Shown here: positions 24,667-38,047 of the stretch, in pieces | How positions within the stretch are numbered: position 1 is the stretch's first letter | Layout: every line of letters starts with the position of its first letter | DNA from: Lama guanicoe | Lineage: Eukaryota | Assembly (NCBI GenBank): GCA_013239625.1 | Contig: MU054187.1 | Span: 7,846,358 to 7,910,357, forward strand | DNA length: 64,000 bases | Direction: 5' to 3' | Position numbers and translations under genes: made by a program | Notes under the pieces: generated by a model | The model's database searches: none | What the model was told of the DNA's origin: nothing | The model's input: only the letters and a program-made list of their open reading frames with translations

Positions 24667-24675
24667 AAATAGGAA
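24116..24675 (+). mobile_element. Young 5'-truncated L1 (ORF2 end plus cetartiodactyl-type 3' UTR) with a 14-bp TSD
   Basis: Translates AKTWKQPKCPLTDDWIKKLWYIYTVEYYSAIK (L1 ORF2 C-terminus); perfect direct repeat aaaaagtcatttgg at 24102-24115 and 24676-24689. Confidence 0.95.
24626..24666. repeat. Compound (CT)n(AT)n microsatellite in the L1 tail
   Basis: Seen directly. Confidence 0.9.
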
Positions 24676-25966
24676 AAAAAGTCATTTGGAACCAAGATCA
24701 ATTAGGCAAAAAAAAAAATGCAACATCAATAATAGGATTGTTTTTCCTCAGTTTTACTAAGAAGCAAATAATTATCTTTTAAGAATAAAAATGGAATCTT
24801 TTTTCTACTATTTCAAATATTTTTTACCCTGGCTTTAAAACTATCAAGAACAACAAAGTAAAAACAAAACAAAAACAGTTTTTGCATCTTAGATACTGTA
24901 TTGTTCCCTTTTGGGGTATTCCTAAGGCCAGAGGATCAAGAATTCTGAGAGCTAAATAAAATAATAAACAAACATCTAAAATAGAACAGACAATAACGAA
25001 AACCCTTCAAAGGCTAGGCAACATGAAATGACTATTCTCTGCCTATAAAATATCATCACAATCCTGGCTTCTGATTTGCTGTAATCATAACCCTAACAAA
25101 CACTACCAACAGTGGGATGTGGGTAAGAAATCAATGTCCATGATTACACACAGTGCAGGAAAATCCTTTGGTGAATACCTGTCACATGCATGAAGCTCTC
25201 CACTACTACTGCTGCATCCATAACAATTCAGAATAAAATAGGTCAGATAAACATCACTCAATCACATTTTCCTGTCCTCCTGGGATCAGAAACATCCCAG
25301 TTTTCCCCTGCTGCCCTGAGCCCGATATCAGCATCTTATTTTTTTTTAACCTGCAAGATTGTGATTAAATATTTTCCCCCTCAGTCAATACTTTTAGTAA
25401 AAAGAAATGAACTAAATAAATTAAATCAACAGATAAAAGAGCATATGAATGAATTAGGCATTGGTCTCTCTCATCACTGTCCCTTCTGTAAATGATAGAT
25501 TAGCTGCTCATCTAAAATCTGTCAAGCAAATGCTTTGAAAATTGAGATAAATTAAAAGAATTATAAGACAGTCCTGTTAAGCAGACGTAGATGACAGCAT
25601 TCTGTCCTGTAGCTGTATTTTCTGAACTAGAGCCTACAGGCGACAATCTTGAATTTTTGAGATGAATTTTTTTCAAAATTATTGGTTTTTTAAAATATGT
25701 ATTTGTTCATTGAAACAGACGTCTTAATTTCTACTTCCCGATGCCTTTTCTTTTCAATAATTTTTTAGAAGTCCATATTTTATGTTTGTATTTTCATATG
25801 GCCTTTCCAAAAATGTTATTGCAGGATTTAATAAGTTTGATGTTGAAAAAAGAAAAGCACACATTTCTTGGAAAACTCTGCTGTAAAAAAATTTCCATTA
25901 GTGTAAGGCAGCCAAGAGTTTACTCATCATTCATTTCTCCTCCCTCTCAGCCTTAGGCTTGAGAAT

Positions 25967-26300
25967 TGTCAAAGAGAAGCAGAGTTGGCCATTTGTTAAA
26001 GGTGGCAAGACAGACTTTATTCAGCCTACTGCAATAGGAGAGAGAAACTCTGGTACAAAGTGTGCTCAACTCTGTGCACAGATGACTGGACATTTTAGGG
26101 GGTGGGGAGGAAAAAATGGAAACTTGAGCAGAGTCAAAGAAGTGGAAATTTTCAGAAATCAGGTAGGGGGCTGTTTTCCAAGAATTGTTAGGCAAGGCAG
26201 GTATAGATAGGATAAGGGTGTTTATGTCGAACAGTAAATTTTTTGGCAGTCTTAAGCTTTCTCAGGCAGGAACTTAAAAGTGCTCAGTCTGAATCACGAA
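25967..26300 (-). mobile_element. ERV1 LTR, MER34/MER39-like 3' part
   Basis: Reverse complement ends ctcctattgcagtaggctgaataaagtctgtcttgccacctttaacaaatg...tctttgaca; far boundary uncertain. Confidence 0.65.
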
Positions 26301-26729
26301 CTCCTCAGGCCCTGACTCAGTGATGTCAGCTGTTGTCCTTCTGCAGAGTTTGCTGTAGAACTGAGGCTACCGAAGATAGGTTAGGGGAGACAGAGCACAG
26401 GGAAAAAGGTACTGAGGAGTCTCCCTGAGACCCCACTGCTGACTCTAAAACCGTTGCAAGTTTCCCTTTGGCTCAGAGCAGTGGAATCATGAATCAGTCC
26501 TTGAAACTGTTGGTTCTTTTATTATGTCTGTTTTTTTTTTTTTAGTGTTGTAGGCAAGGTGAGGATTTGGCTTTTCATTCACGTTGATGACTTGAAATTT
26601 TAGTAAAAAACATACAGGAAAGAAGAGAAAAACTGTCATCTGTTACAATTCTCTGAAGGACACTGAGAACTAAGCAGTGCTCTCACTTCTGGCTTCGGTG
26701 GTAGGTCATTATTTCTCCTTCATCTACAA

Positions 26730-27110
26730 ATTTTTATACCTATCATATTCCAGACATCATTCAGGAACTAGAGGATGCTGATGATGATACAGAGGAATGA
26801 AAGAGACAGACTTTCTCTACAAAACTTCCAGCCAAGGAGAGGGAGGGAGAGCCTTTACAGATTTACCTGTGGTATAGTTCAGAAAATGCTAAGTGCCTTC
26901 ACAAAAGAAAATGCACCAGCAGTGTTGCCGGGAGTGATCTTTGTTTTTAGCTGAGGAATTTGCAACCACTTTTAGTTTGTGGTAAAAGAGTAGAATTTGA
27001 ACTAGCGAGAAGAGGAAAGGCGTTCCAGACTGGGGTAAGGAAGCACAAAGGAACAAAGGACGGAGATGCATCGTAAGTGAATGAGGAAAAGTAAAATATT
27101 TTGTTGCACT
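26730..27110 (-). mobile_element. L2 fragment (antisense)
   Basis: ttccagacatcattcaggaactagaggat...gaggaaaggcgttccagactggggtaaggaagcacaaagg. Confidence 0.55.
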
Positions 27111-27225
27111 GAAGGACAAAGTGTGCAAAAAGAAGTAATAAATAATCCTGCAACTGGATACCACTGAATGCCACGGGACACATAACATTTGACGTATACC
27201 AAAAAGCATGCAGGTCTTTTGCATA

Positions 27226-27730
27226 CAAGATCTTCCTAGACCTATGACGGCATCATGTCCTGACAACCCCACTGTAAGTTGAAAATATTGTAAATCGAAA
27301 ATGTATTCAATACACCTAACCTGCTGAACATCATCGCTTAACCTAGTCCACCTTAAACATGTTCAGAATACTTACATCAACCTACTGTTGGGCAAAATCA
27401 TCTGACACAAAGCCTATTTTATAATACAGTGTTGAATATCTCGGGTAATTTATTCAATACTGTACTGAAAGTGAAAAGCAGAATGGTTGTCTGGGTACAA
27501 AATGGTCGTGTCTGTTGTTACCCTCATGACTGCATGACTGACTGGGAGCTGTGGCTCACTACCACTGTCCAGCATCACAAGAGGGTACCACACTGCACAT
27601 CACCAGCCCGCGAGAAGATCAAAACTCGAAATTCCAAGTACAATTTCTACTGAATGCATATCACTCTTGAACCACTGGATAGTCAAAAAAAAAAATCGTA
27701 AGTTGAACCGTAGTAAGTCAGGGGCATCTG
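27226..27730 (+). mobile_element. TcMar-Tigger non-autonomous element (Tigger5/MER47 family), full length
   Basis: TA target duplication on both sides (27224-25, 27731-32); imperfect TIRs caagatcttcctagacctatga / gtagtaagtcaggggcatctg; internal aatacacctaacct...gggcaaaatcatct...aaagcctattttataat. Confidence 0.9.
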
Positions 27731-30700
27731 TATTTCATTAGTCATCAGGACAGCCCTACAGGGAGAGTTTTCAGGAGGTTATCAGAAGGGATCAAAAAGA
27801 GACATAAAGAGTGTTAAGAAGTGAAACACAGGGGTCAGGGCAGCCTCATTAGGTAGTGATACTGGAGTCAAAAGCTGAAGGAAGTGGGTAAGCAGGTGAT
27901 GGCGACACCTGTGTGAAAAACTTTCCAGCAGACGACCTCAAGGATCCCTAGCAGTTCTAAGTGTCTAAGCTGTCATCCTGTAGCTTGCCAGGGGAAGGGT
28001 TAACGATTTCCCCGCAGCCAAGAGAAGAATTAGCAGCTGATCGGCCTCTTCACCAGTGGTTCTGTTTCCTATTTATTTTATTATCAAACTTACATTAAAA
28101 CAGGTTTAGTAATTGTTTGAAACAAAGGATCATTACTCAGAAAGGAGCACTTGAGCTGTGTTAGGATGAAAAGACTTTGAACAGCTCAGGAAGTATAGTT
28201 TTCTCCAACATTGTTTTTCCTCTTTTCTACAAAAACCTTTTGTGCAGGTTCAAGTACAAGATTAGATACTAATTTGATTCTCTTCATTACAGAACAGTCT
28301 TTAACACAGCATTGAGATATGGGCTTATCTACAGGGGCTGTTTTTGAAAGAAACGTTGCTTTGTTTTCCTGAATTATCCAGACCAGAAGTAACTGGCTGA
28401 TTTGTTGATAACGCCAATAAATTATTTAGCCTGGATATCCTTCCACCACCCTGGGAATACTGAACCTGAAAAAATAAAAGAGAGAGAGAGAGAGAAACTT
28501 TGTTTCCTAAAGAATAATATCAGATATCAGCTAGTAGCCTGAAGGAATAAGAAAATTAGATAAGCTCCATTTTTTTTTCCATGAAAAGAACTATTCAAAT
28601 ACTGGTAGAAAGTCCTCTGTGGGTGGACCTGCCAGGGTTCCAAAATGGAGGCACTGAAAATGAAGTAAGTTACTGCCTTGCCTGGTTATGAGCAGAAGCA
28701 AGGGCAAGGGCCAATCATTTTCCAGCTAGAACTAACGAAATAGCAATTACTCGTGTGAAGATGTAAAACACAACTTTCTTTTAAAGTCCTGTTGGCCGCT
28801 TTGGTTGTTTTTCTCTCCACTTGCCCTTCTAAATTCTCTGAGTTTTCGTTTGCACAATGAAAATGTTCGACTAGATTAACAACTCAAATTTAAATAAAAA
28901 GTCCAGTCAAATACATTTTGTTTCCTTTTGGAATATACTCTCCTCCAACATAATTTCAGTTTTCCAGTCAGTTCTATCTGCATTTTCCCAAACTGTCAGT
29001 CCTGAAGCGATGTTCTTATTTGTTAACTAATGCCACCAGTTTTCCCACTGCCCCTCAGTCGGACCCCTCCTCTTTCCTTCCATTCTTTCTGCACTTCCAT
29101 CTACTTTGTTCACATTACTGTCAGCCTAGAAATGAGACCTCCCCATTTATATTCTGTTTCGAAATATGTAATTAGTCTGCTCTTTTCCTCATGGTGATCC
29201 GTGGAGAGCACCACTAGGTGACACTGGCTAAGCAATCATTCTCTTTTGAATATGTTACATTAAAGAGCATAAAAACCTGTCCGTGCTATTCCTTATGGGA
29301 AGGACAAAGCACCTCTGGAGGTTGCTGCTCACAGAGAACATTTGAGCTTTCAAGGCCTCCCCTCCCTGTTTGCTCTGCTTTCCTCCACATGAAGCGTCGG
29401 CTATCCTACCTGGGACAAGGACACTTGCTCTTATGGCCCATCAGGATGTCTCTGCCGTGTGTTTCTCTGGGCACTGCCAAGTTCTAGGCACCAAGCGGAA
29501 GTGGCCTGGGGCACTAGAGCCTGGACGCGGCAATGTGTCTGCCTGCCGATCCTGTACCCACACGTCCTATGGCTCAGAAAGACGCACTCCGCAAGAGGCA
29601 AAATACATTTCACACCGACCCAGCCCACATCAGTGCCCTCCCCAAAGCAGAGCAGAAGCACAGAGCGAGAACATTTTCAATCACACAGCTTTGCTGGAGG
29701 GAGGATTCCAGGTGGTGAGGGGAGATCTGAGCATCACACAGACACAAGGTTAACCTTGCAGGTGGTCAGAACAGGTGTGCACCCGTGCGGTAAAATCTTA
29801 GGGGGCCTGGAAACATCTAAATGCTAGCGCTAAATCTAAAAGCAATCTACGTGAAATGTTCGAAATGCGGCCTGTAGAGATCCAACCCTCTGCGGGGCTT
29901 CTGCTCCGCAATGAAATGCAGATACCTTCAGGAAGGGATGCATTTTCAAATGGATTCATCAATATCACCTTCGTGCAAAAGGATTTACAGTTCCCCTTGT
30001 GAAATTCAGCATGTTTTTATTGGTGGTAGGGAGTTCCAGTAAAAGGGGAGAAAACATGATAGGGGAATGTGGATAAGAAGGGCAAGGCCTTTGAAGAAAC
30101 CTTTGGTGAATAATCTGGCACAAGGATAGTTCAGCCTAAGGACTCAGCCGTTGGCAGAGCACTCTCTGAGTCCTGGAATCTTGGTCCTGTTCTTAGTCTA
30201 TGCCCGCTGCATCAAGAGGAAACTTGACTTTTCCCTATCTTCTAGAGAATATTACATCCTTCTAAGTCCAAATAAAACATCCTCATACGGTAAATTTTAC
30301 TTCCACGTAGAAAAGTATTTGTATTATTATTTAAGGTTTTAAGCAAATTTCTTCAGACTTTGTATGATTTCTCAATGCTCTTGTTAATTATGCAGAATGA
30401 TATGATTTGGTTCTGAAAAATGTGAACTCTAAGCACATGTCTTCAACATCTAGTATTTACATAAATTATGTATTTTAAATTACAGTTAGAAATGAATAAG
30501 TCAAACATATGAAGCATACAATACAAAAGAGGGGAAAATAGGGGAAAAAAGAAAATATGACTAAAACAGGGGAAGTTAGCACTCTTTTACTTAGATTTTT
30601 TTCAGACCTTAATTGAATTCTCTAGATTGTAAGACTAATGTCTCATTCTCAATTTCTTCTTGTTGTTTTATGATCAGATTCCTGGTATTCAGTATTGCAA

Positions 30701-30876
30701 AACAAAACTTGCTTATTTTTTTAAATCATAAATTCATAATCTCACTGAATTTAACAATCTAATTATTTCTTGTTTTTCAAAATGACCAGATTCCATCAGT
30801 GCTAGAAAGTTTTCGAAGACAATCTTTGCTCTCAGATTCTTCTGTAGCAGCTTCCATGATACAGTTTCCTGTTAAA

Positions 30877-31351
30877 TTTTCTTTTTTTTTTCCTTTTTCA
30901 GTTTTATTAGGTAGAACTATTATAGTTTGACTGCACACACACATGAAATTGCATGCAAATACATATATACAGTACACTGCACATTTTTTTAGTTTACATG
31001 TATGTACTGATCATTGTTTCTAAGAACAGATTAGAGCTTTAGCTTTTTAAACTTACATAGTTATCAAAGGAATAAAGCCAGCCACAAAATAAGAATCAAC
31101 AGAATGCAGTAACCCAATCATAAAGGACAGTCAAATGGGCTTACACATATTCAAGAAATCAATCATCTTAGTTATAAATAAAAAGTAGTTCATTTGTGTC
31201 CTTATTACTATTGTTACTATTTTTTTAGATTCCTCGTATAAATGATGTCATATGGCATTTTTCTTTCCCTTTCGGGCCCACTTCACTTAGAATAACAATC
31301 TTAAGGCCCATCCATATTGCTGCAAATGGCATCATTTTATTCTTTGTTATG
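30877..31351 (-). mobile_element. Young 5'-truncated L1 with an alternative 3' UTR and poly(A) tail
   Basis: 31187-31351 is homologous to the ORF2 end of the 24116 copy; followed on the minus strand by about 290 nt of unrelated UTR, AATAAA (30908-30903) and an A tail. Confidence 0.8.
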
Positions 31352-34300
31352 TGTGGCTTCTTACGTCATTCAATTGTAATCAGAAAAATTTCTTTCTATG
31401 ATTACAATATTTAAAGTTGATTGAGATTTGTTTTGTAGCCTGACGTATTTTGCATCCTGGGGAATATTTTATGTGCATTTGAGAAGAATGTGTATTGTTC
31501 TGTTGATGCAGAGTTTTTCATATATGTTTGTGAAGTCTAGTTGGTTTATTATGCCTTCGAGTCTTATATTTCCTTGCTAATCTTTCATACAGTTTTTCTA
31601 TCCATTATTGAAAGTGGAAGGTTGGATGTCTCCAACTATTATTGTTGACTTTCCATTTCTTCCTTCAATTCTGTGAGCTTTGTCTGCTACATTTTGGGGT
31701 TGTGTGGTTAGGCACATATGTGTTTATAATTATATCTATTTGATGAATTGACCCTTTTATCATTATATGATATCTTTCTTTGCCTTGCAACAATTTTTAT
31801 CTTAAAGTTTACTTTGTCTTTTGAGATTAATGTAGTCACTCCAGCCCTCTTTCGTTATTATTTACATGGGATATCTTTTTCCATCTTTTTCCATTCAACT
31901 TATTTGTGTCTTTGAAGATAAAGTTAGTCACTCGTAGAAAGTACGTAATTAGATCATTTATATGATTTCTAGCAATTTCTAATTTTTAGTTGAAGAGTTC
32001 AGTCCATTTATAATTAATATAATTACTGATAAAGTAGTTTATTTCTTCCATTTTGTTACTTGCTTACTATATATACCATTTTTGTTCTTCATTTCTTCCC
32101 TTACTGCCATCTTTTTGTTTTAAATTCCTTATCACATTTTTCCTAAATATTTTTTAGTTATTTTATTAGTAATTGCCCTGGAGATTACATTGAACATTTT
32201 TTAATAATATAGATAATATTAATATCAATTTAGGTTCAACATTGCATAAATTTTTTGCTACTCTAGCACTGTATACCTCCTTGTTTGTTACCTTCGCAAA
32301 TTATATCTTTATACATTATGTGTTCATTAACACTGATTTATTGTCATTTTTAAGCAATTGTCTTCTAAATCACATAAGAAAAAATAGGAGTAATAAACCA
32401 AAAATACATTAATAGTGACTTTTACATTTACTTCTGAGTCATCATTACCAGTGTTATTTATTTTTTGTGTGGATTAAAGTTACCATCTAATGTCCCTTCA
32501 CCGTCACCTGAAGTACTACATTTATGATTTCTTGTTGGGCAGATCTACTAGCAATGAGCTCCCTTGTCTTTTGTTTCTCTGAGAATGTCTTAATTTCTTC
32601 TTCATTTGTCAAAGATGGTTTTGCTAGTTATAATATTCTTAGCTGACAGATTTTTTTTCTTTCAGCCCTTTAAATATATTCTCTCATTGCCTTTTGCCTC
32701 TGTGGTTTCTGATGAGAAATAAGCTGTTAATTTTATTGAAGAATGTTTTTGTGATTGATGAGTTGCTTCTCCCTTGCTGCTTTCAAGAATCTTGCTTTGT
32801 CTTTGTCTTCTAAAAGTCTGATTATACTCTGTCTCAGTGTGGATCTTTTTGAGTTTATCCTACTTGAAGTTTTGAGTTTCTGAACATGTAGATTAGTGTG
32901 TTTCATAACATTTGCAAAGTTTTGCTCATTATTTCTTCAAATATTTTTCTGCCCCTTTCTCTTTCTCCTCTCCTTCTGTAAATCCCATTATGCATACCAT
33001 AATATGTTTAATGTTATTCCAGATCTCTTAGCTGCTGATCATTTTTTGGTATTCAATTTTCTTTGGCTTCTTTAAAGTGGATACTCTGAATAGACCTAAC
33101 TTCAAGTTTGCTTTTTCTTCCTTCTTCTGGCTGAGGTCTGCTATTGTGCCTTTCTTGGGGACTTTTCATTTCAGTTATTGTACTTTCCAAACATAGAATT
33201 GATTCTTTTTTATAGTTTCAATTTCTTTATTGATGTTCTGTATTAGGTGAAATAGTGTTCTCCTGGTTTCTCTCAATCCTTGGTTTATGGATGAATTTTG
33301 TTATTTGAATGTATTAAAGACAGTTGAATTAACATTTTTGTCTAGTATGTTCAATCTCTGGGCATCTTCAAGCATAGTATCTGCTAATTTCTTTATTTTG
33401 AGGGAATAGGCCACCATTTCTTATTTCTTTGCATGCCTCATATACTTTGTTGCTGCTAAAAAACTGTATCATGTAAATATTATAATGTGGCAACTTTGGA
33501 AATCAGATTCTTCCCCTTGCCAAGGGTATTTCTGTTTCTGATTGCTGTAGTTGCCATTCTATATTTACTCAATAATCATTCTGATTGAATTTTGTAAAGT
33601 CTGTATCCCACGTTATGTGAGGCCAGCAAGAGCTGTATTTTATCTGCTTAGTGGTTAGCTAGCGATTTGGATAGGGTTTCTAAAAACTGGCATAAAAAAA
33701 GAAAATAATCCACTTTGTGTCTGTATATGAGGCACATTCAACACTCCGTCAGGCAACTTACAGCTGTGTCATAGGGCTCACTTTCTGCTTTCGCTGAGTC
33801 TGAAGGTCAGCCAGACATGGGAGTTAAGGCCTTTCACATCTTTTCTGGGCATGCTCTAGGCCTTCTAGAGTCCAAGAAATGTGTCAGAGCCTTTCACATC
33901 CCTTCTCCTCTAAGCTTCTTAGCCTCCAGTCTTTCTTCTGAAGCATCCGGTTATTTTGTTGCTCATCCCTCCTCTTTCATATGGCCTTAGGCAACAGAAA
34001 CTAACATATTTTTCTTTAAACGTTTTCCATAAATGCCCTGCCTCAACACTGAGAGACCTCAGAGATAGGTGAGATAACACAAACCCTTGAGCCAGTCTCA
34101 TTGTGGGTTACCAGACAGCTTAAACTGTCACAATTCTTTGAGAATAAGGCTCACTCTGCTCTTCTCCGGTATGGGCATCTATGTTAGCTCTGGGCTGTTT
34201 TTCAAGGCCACTGGTAAGCAATGGGATGAGCAATGAGACCAGGGTAAGTTAAAATGACACCAAACTGTCTTACCAAGATTCGGCCTTTTTTTTCAGAGTT

Positions 34301-34401
34301 CCAAAAATTTGATTCTGATGGTTTTTACTAGTTTATTCTGTGCTTTGTGAAGGGATGGACCTTTTGAATTCCCCACTCTGCCGTTTTTGCTGATGTCACT
34401 C
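31352..34401 (-). mobile_element. Old L1M element: 5' UTR, ORF1, inter-ORF region and start of ORF2
   Basis: Antisense endonuclease-region motifs (catttgagaagaatgtgtattg, tctccaactattattgttga), ORF1 motifs (ctgagaatgtcttaatttc, ggtttctgatgagaaataagctgttaat), and a 5' terminus gagtgacatcagcaaaaacggcagag on the minus strand. Confidence 0.9.
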
Positions 34402-36229
34402 AATTTGATGACTTTTGCCAAGTGTATAAAATTGTGTACCTACCACCATAAGATAAATGTGATAAAAAGGAGTCAGAGCCAGTGTCTTCTTCCAACTCAT
34501 TCCATAATAATCCTAACATTCTCATAAAATATGGAGTAGAGAAAGTGCATAAGTGATAAGTATTAAAGAGCAAGAAAAAAAAAGAAAGAAAGAAAAGAGC
34601 AAACATCATAGTTTGGAAAATAGTGCCCAGGAGAATTATGTAAAGGTCAGAGAATATGAATAAATATTAATGCACTTATCATGCAAAATTGGAAAAAATG
34701 TGCTGTTACAACTGAAATATTATTCAAAGACAAGCATTATAATTAAGGGTTTCCTTTTCCCATGGCAATGGTAGAGAAATGCAGGTTTAGTCTCAGCCTT
34801 TAGCCAGTTCATAATCATTTTAAAAATTCAAATGTAATTCTTGTTGCAATAATGCTTAAAGACTGAATGAATAAGTAGTTAATTCCTCAAAAGCATGGCA
34901 TTCGATCTGCTAAACATTCATATTTCTGCCTTGCACGTCCAGGAGTGCTGTAGTATCAATTAACTATTTTAACCCTTGGAAACTTACAGCTAACTGAAAA
35001 CACTGTCAGCTCATCTCCTCTCAGGGAAACTAGACATTTTTTTGGATGATCTAAATACAGATGCAGGTCAAAATTTTCTTCTCTCTCCCCTTCAAACTTC
35101 CATTGCATTATCCTAATTCAACAGAAGAGTTTTTTGTGGACTTTCTTGCATTTAAGACCTGGGGTTAACATAGGCCCAACAGAGCAACTCCATTAGCACC
35201 TACCATACTGATACTTGCCCCACACTACTACAATATATAGTTTGGCAAACATTTAGACGGGTAACTTGGTTCTAATCCACATGTTGGACAAAGGGGTGAT
35301 TGTCTCAGAGTTAGTCTCCCAAAGAGCCTCCTAAAATGAGATTTGATTTAGAAAGGAAATAGATCTTAACTCGAACACATGTTTTCTCTGGTTTACTTTG
35401 CATTTTAAATCTTGCTTATAGCAATATTACAGATTAAAATAAATATATTTGAGTTATAAGTAAAAAAATAGAAAATGAATCCATAATTTTGTATTGTTTT
35501 TCTGTGCCAAACAACAAAAACTTTGAAGGATGATGTAGTTAACCTTGATTTTCTTTAATCACTGGAAAACTCAAGAATAAATGGAAGATTCAGAAGGATC
35601 ATTACCTAATTGGGTTAAAATGCACAAATTGCTTAGTTTTCCATTGTAAATAAGCAGAATAGACATTAAAATAATTCACATGCAGTGTTTTTTTTAAAAT
35701 TTTGCCATTTTGTTAAGTTAAATGTCAAAGTAAATTAGGCCATGGATAAAAATGCATTAAGAAATGCACATTAATATTCATATCAAAAATACCTTGCCAT
35801 GTGAAATACAAATATATAAGGAATACTTACACAAATTATTTCTTCAACTATAAAAATAATGTGAGAAACAGTAGGAGCAGATGAATTGAGGTATTTAGCA
35901 GTGACAGCAAAAGAGGCTCATCTTCCTTATACTTACTCCAAATATTAACTGTTTCACCTTTTGAGGGTGCACAGCCTTGATATCTTTATATCCTCCACAA
36001 AAGTATAAACACTGTCAGATACATAATGGCTTCTCAGCAAAGACTTATGAAATAAGTAAGATCGAAGTCACATAACTATTTCTTAAATTACTATTATCAT
36101 TTTGGTCGGTATAGAACAAAGTAGCTTAAGAAATCTCTAAGGAGAGTGTCTTAAATTCACATCAGAAGAAAAAGTTCTAGAGATGCTCATGTACCATCTG
36201 AGGCAAACACTCAGGGTTTTCAAATGGAT

Positions 36230-36590
36230 GTAGCCGCAGGCATGAGACTGCTCGCTCACCACATCCTGAGATGTCTTGCTTCTGTGCCTTTGCTCATAGA
36301 CTTCTCTTGACAGGAAAGTGTTTCCCTCAGTTCTTTGCCTGGTTGTTCTTTCTTCTTCAAGCCTCAGGTCAACTTTCACTTCCCCTCAGAAGCCCTGCCT
36401 TATTGTCCAGGCTGAGCTAGGTGCTCTTCCTCTATACTGTTCTATCATTTTTTGTCTCTCTTTCCAATAGCTTGGAAATTCCTTAAGGAAAACAATGATG
36501 TGCTAATAATTTTTGTTTTTCTGTGCCTCTCTTGATTCTTGGAATATAACCAACTGATGCTCGATTACTATTTATTGAATAAATTGAAAG
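36230..36590 (+). mobile_element. L2 3' end
   Basis: tgcttctgtgcctttgctcat...ttcttcaagcctcaggtcaac...cagaagccctgcct...tatttattgaataaattgaa. Confidence 0.7.
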
Positions 36591-37708
36591 TATCATGTTT
36601 AAAAAATAAATGACAATCCTATTTGGTAAATAGTTATTTCCATATTTCAACCTGATAAATACATGTAACAAGAAAAGTAATGTTGCTTCTTAGATAAAAT
36701 ACTATTATTTACCCTTTGATAGGACATGTGTTATTGTTAAGAGTTTTGCGTCACTTCAAGAAATGTCCTAAATTTCCGATCCATAAAAAGGTGTCTGGTG
36801 AAGGTGGAGTAAATTTAGCATTCATCTGTCCCCAGGGAAAACACCTTGACTTATAGAGAAAATAAAAAACAGCTATGCACCTCTGATCTTCAATAAAATT
36901 AGGAGACAACTAAAATTTTGAAACACAGAATCAGAATAAGGACTCCCAAAGCAGTGAAAATTAAATGGGCATTTAAAAGAATAAAATGGAAAACCACCCA
37001 TTGCAGCAGATACAGAAAAAGCTGGCACAGCATCCTTCTCCTGGGGGACACTCGAAGCCAGCAAGCTCATTATAACAAGAGGAATGACTTGTATGAGCTC
37101 TTCAGCACATCTGGACTTGGTTTGGTTCTGAGGAGAGATTAAGAATCACATAGACAGGCCATATTTGCAGAAAATCATCATCAGAGAGGCTGGGCTGGGG
37201 AGTCTCCACCTGGTGAGCAGCCTCATGATGCCAAATTTTGGGCTAAGGTGAGAAAAAGACTAAAACACGAGTATTTATGCCATTATTCTATGCCGTAAGA
37301 AGAATCTCTGGAGCCTGGGATATGGCCCTGACCTTCTCTTTATTCACGTTTCTCATTAAAATAACAGGGTAAAAACACACAGGCAGCCACAGACACATCA
37401 GGCGTCAGTAAGAAGCAGAGCTGACTGGACTCAGTACTGGGACAGTTTAGAAAAAGAGATCCCAGCCGAGTTGGATTCAAGACCAGGACTGAATATCTGA
37501 GATAGCAGCCACAGGACTGCTTAGGGAGAGAATTCAAATATCTATCAGTTTAGGGTTTTTTGTTTTTTTTTTTTTTTTGTTGAACACCACCACCACCACA
37601 AAGTGTGAATATACACAGAGACTAGGGAGCAAAATGATTAGCTGAAAATCAGAAAAACACACAGGCCATGCATGCAGCTCTGATGATCTCAGAGTACATA
37701 AACCAGAA

Positions 37709-37895
37709 CGGCATACACCGCGGACAGGGTTCCAGGAGAGGGAGCCGGCGTTCAGAGCGGAGGAGTACACGGTGCGAGAGCCGTGGTCCGGGAAACAGCC
37801 TTCGGAATAGAAGCTTCCTGAGCTCGGCCTCCGGCGTGGACACTTCTCCACCCAGCGACGTCACATCCAAGCAGCCAGCGTCCGGCTGAGCTCCG
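37709..37895. promoter_or_regulatory. Small CpG-rich patch with a CRE-like GACGTCA
   Basis: 19 CpGs counted in about 190 bp; GACGTCA at 37857-37863. Confidence 0.45.
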
Positions 37896-38047
37896 AGAAG
37901 CAAGGACATGGGCCTTCCAGGACATCTGGACTTGCCTCTCTCTGAGACTATGATTTTTATGTCCTTTACGCGTCCTCCCCAAAGAACTACAGAGTCAGGT
38001 ACTAGCGAGGGTAGGAAGCTGTCTAGGCACAACCTCCTGTCGCTTAC

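Noticed and set aside
29218..29827. Cluster of overlapping ORFs
   Set aside because: Locally GC-rich sequence gives open frames on both strands; no domain or convincing exon boundaries
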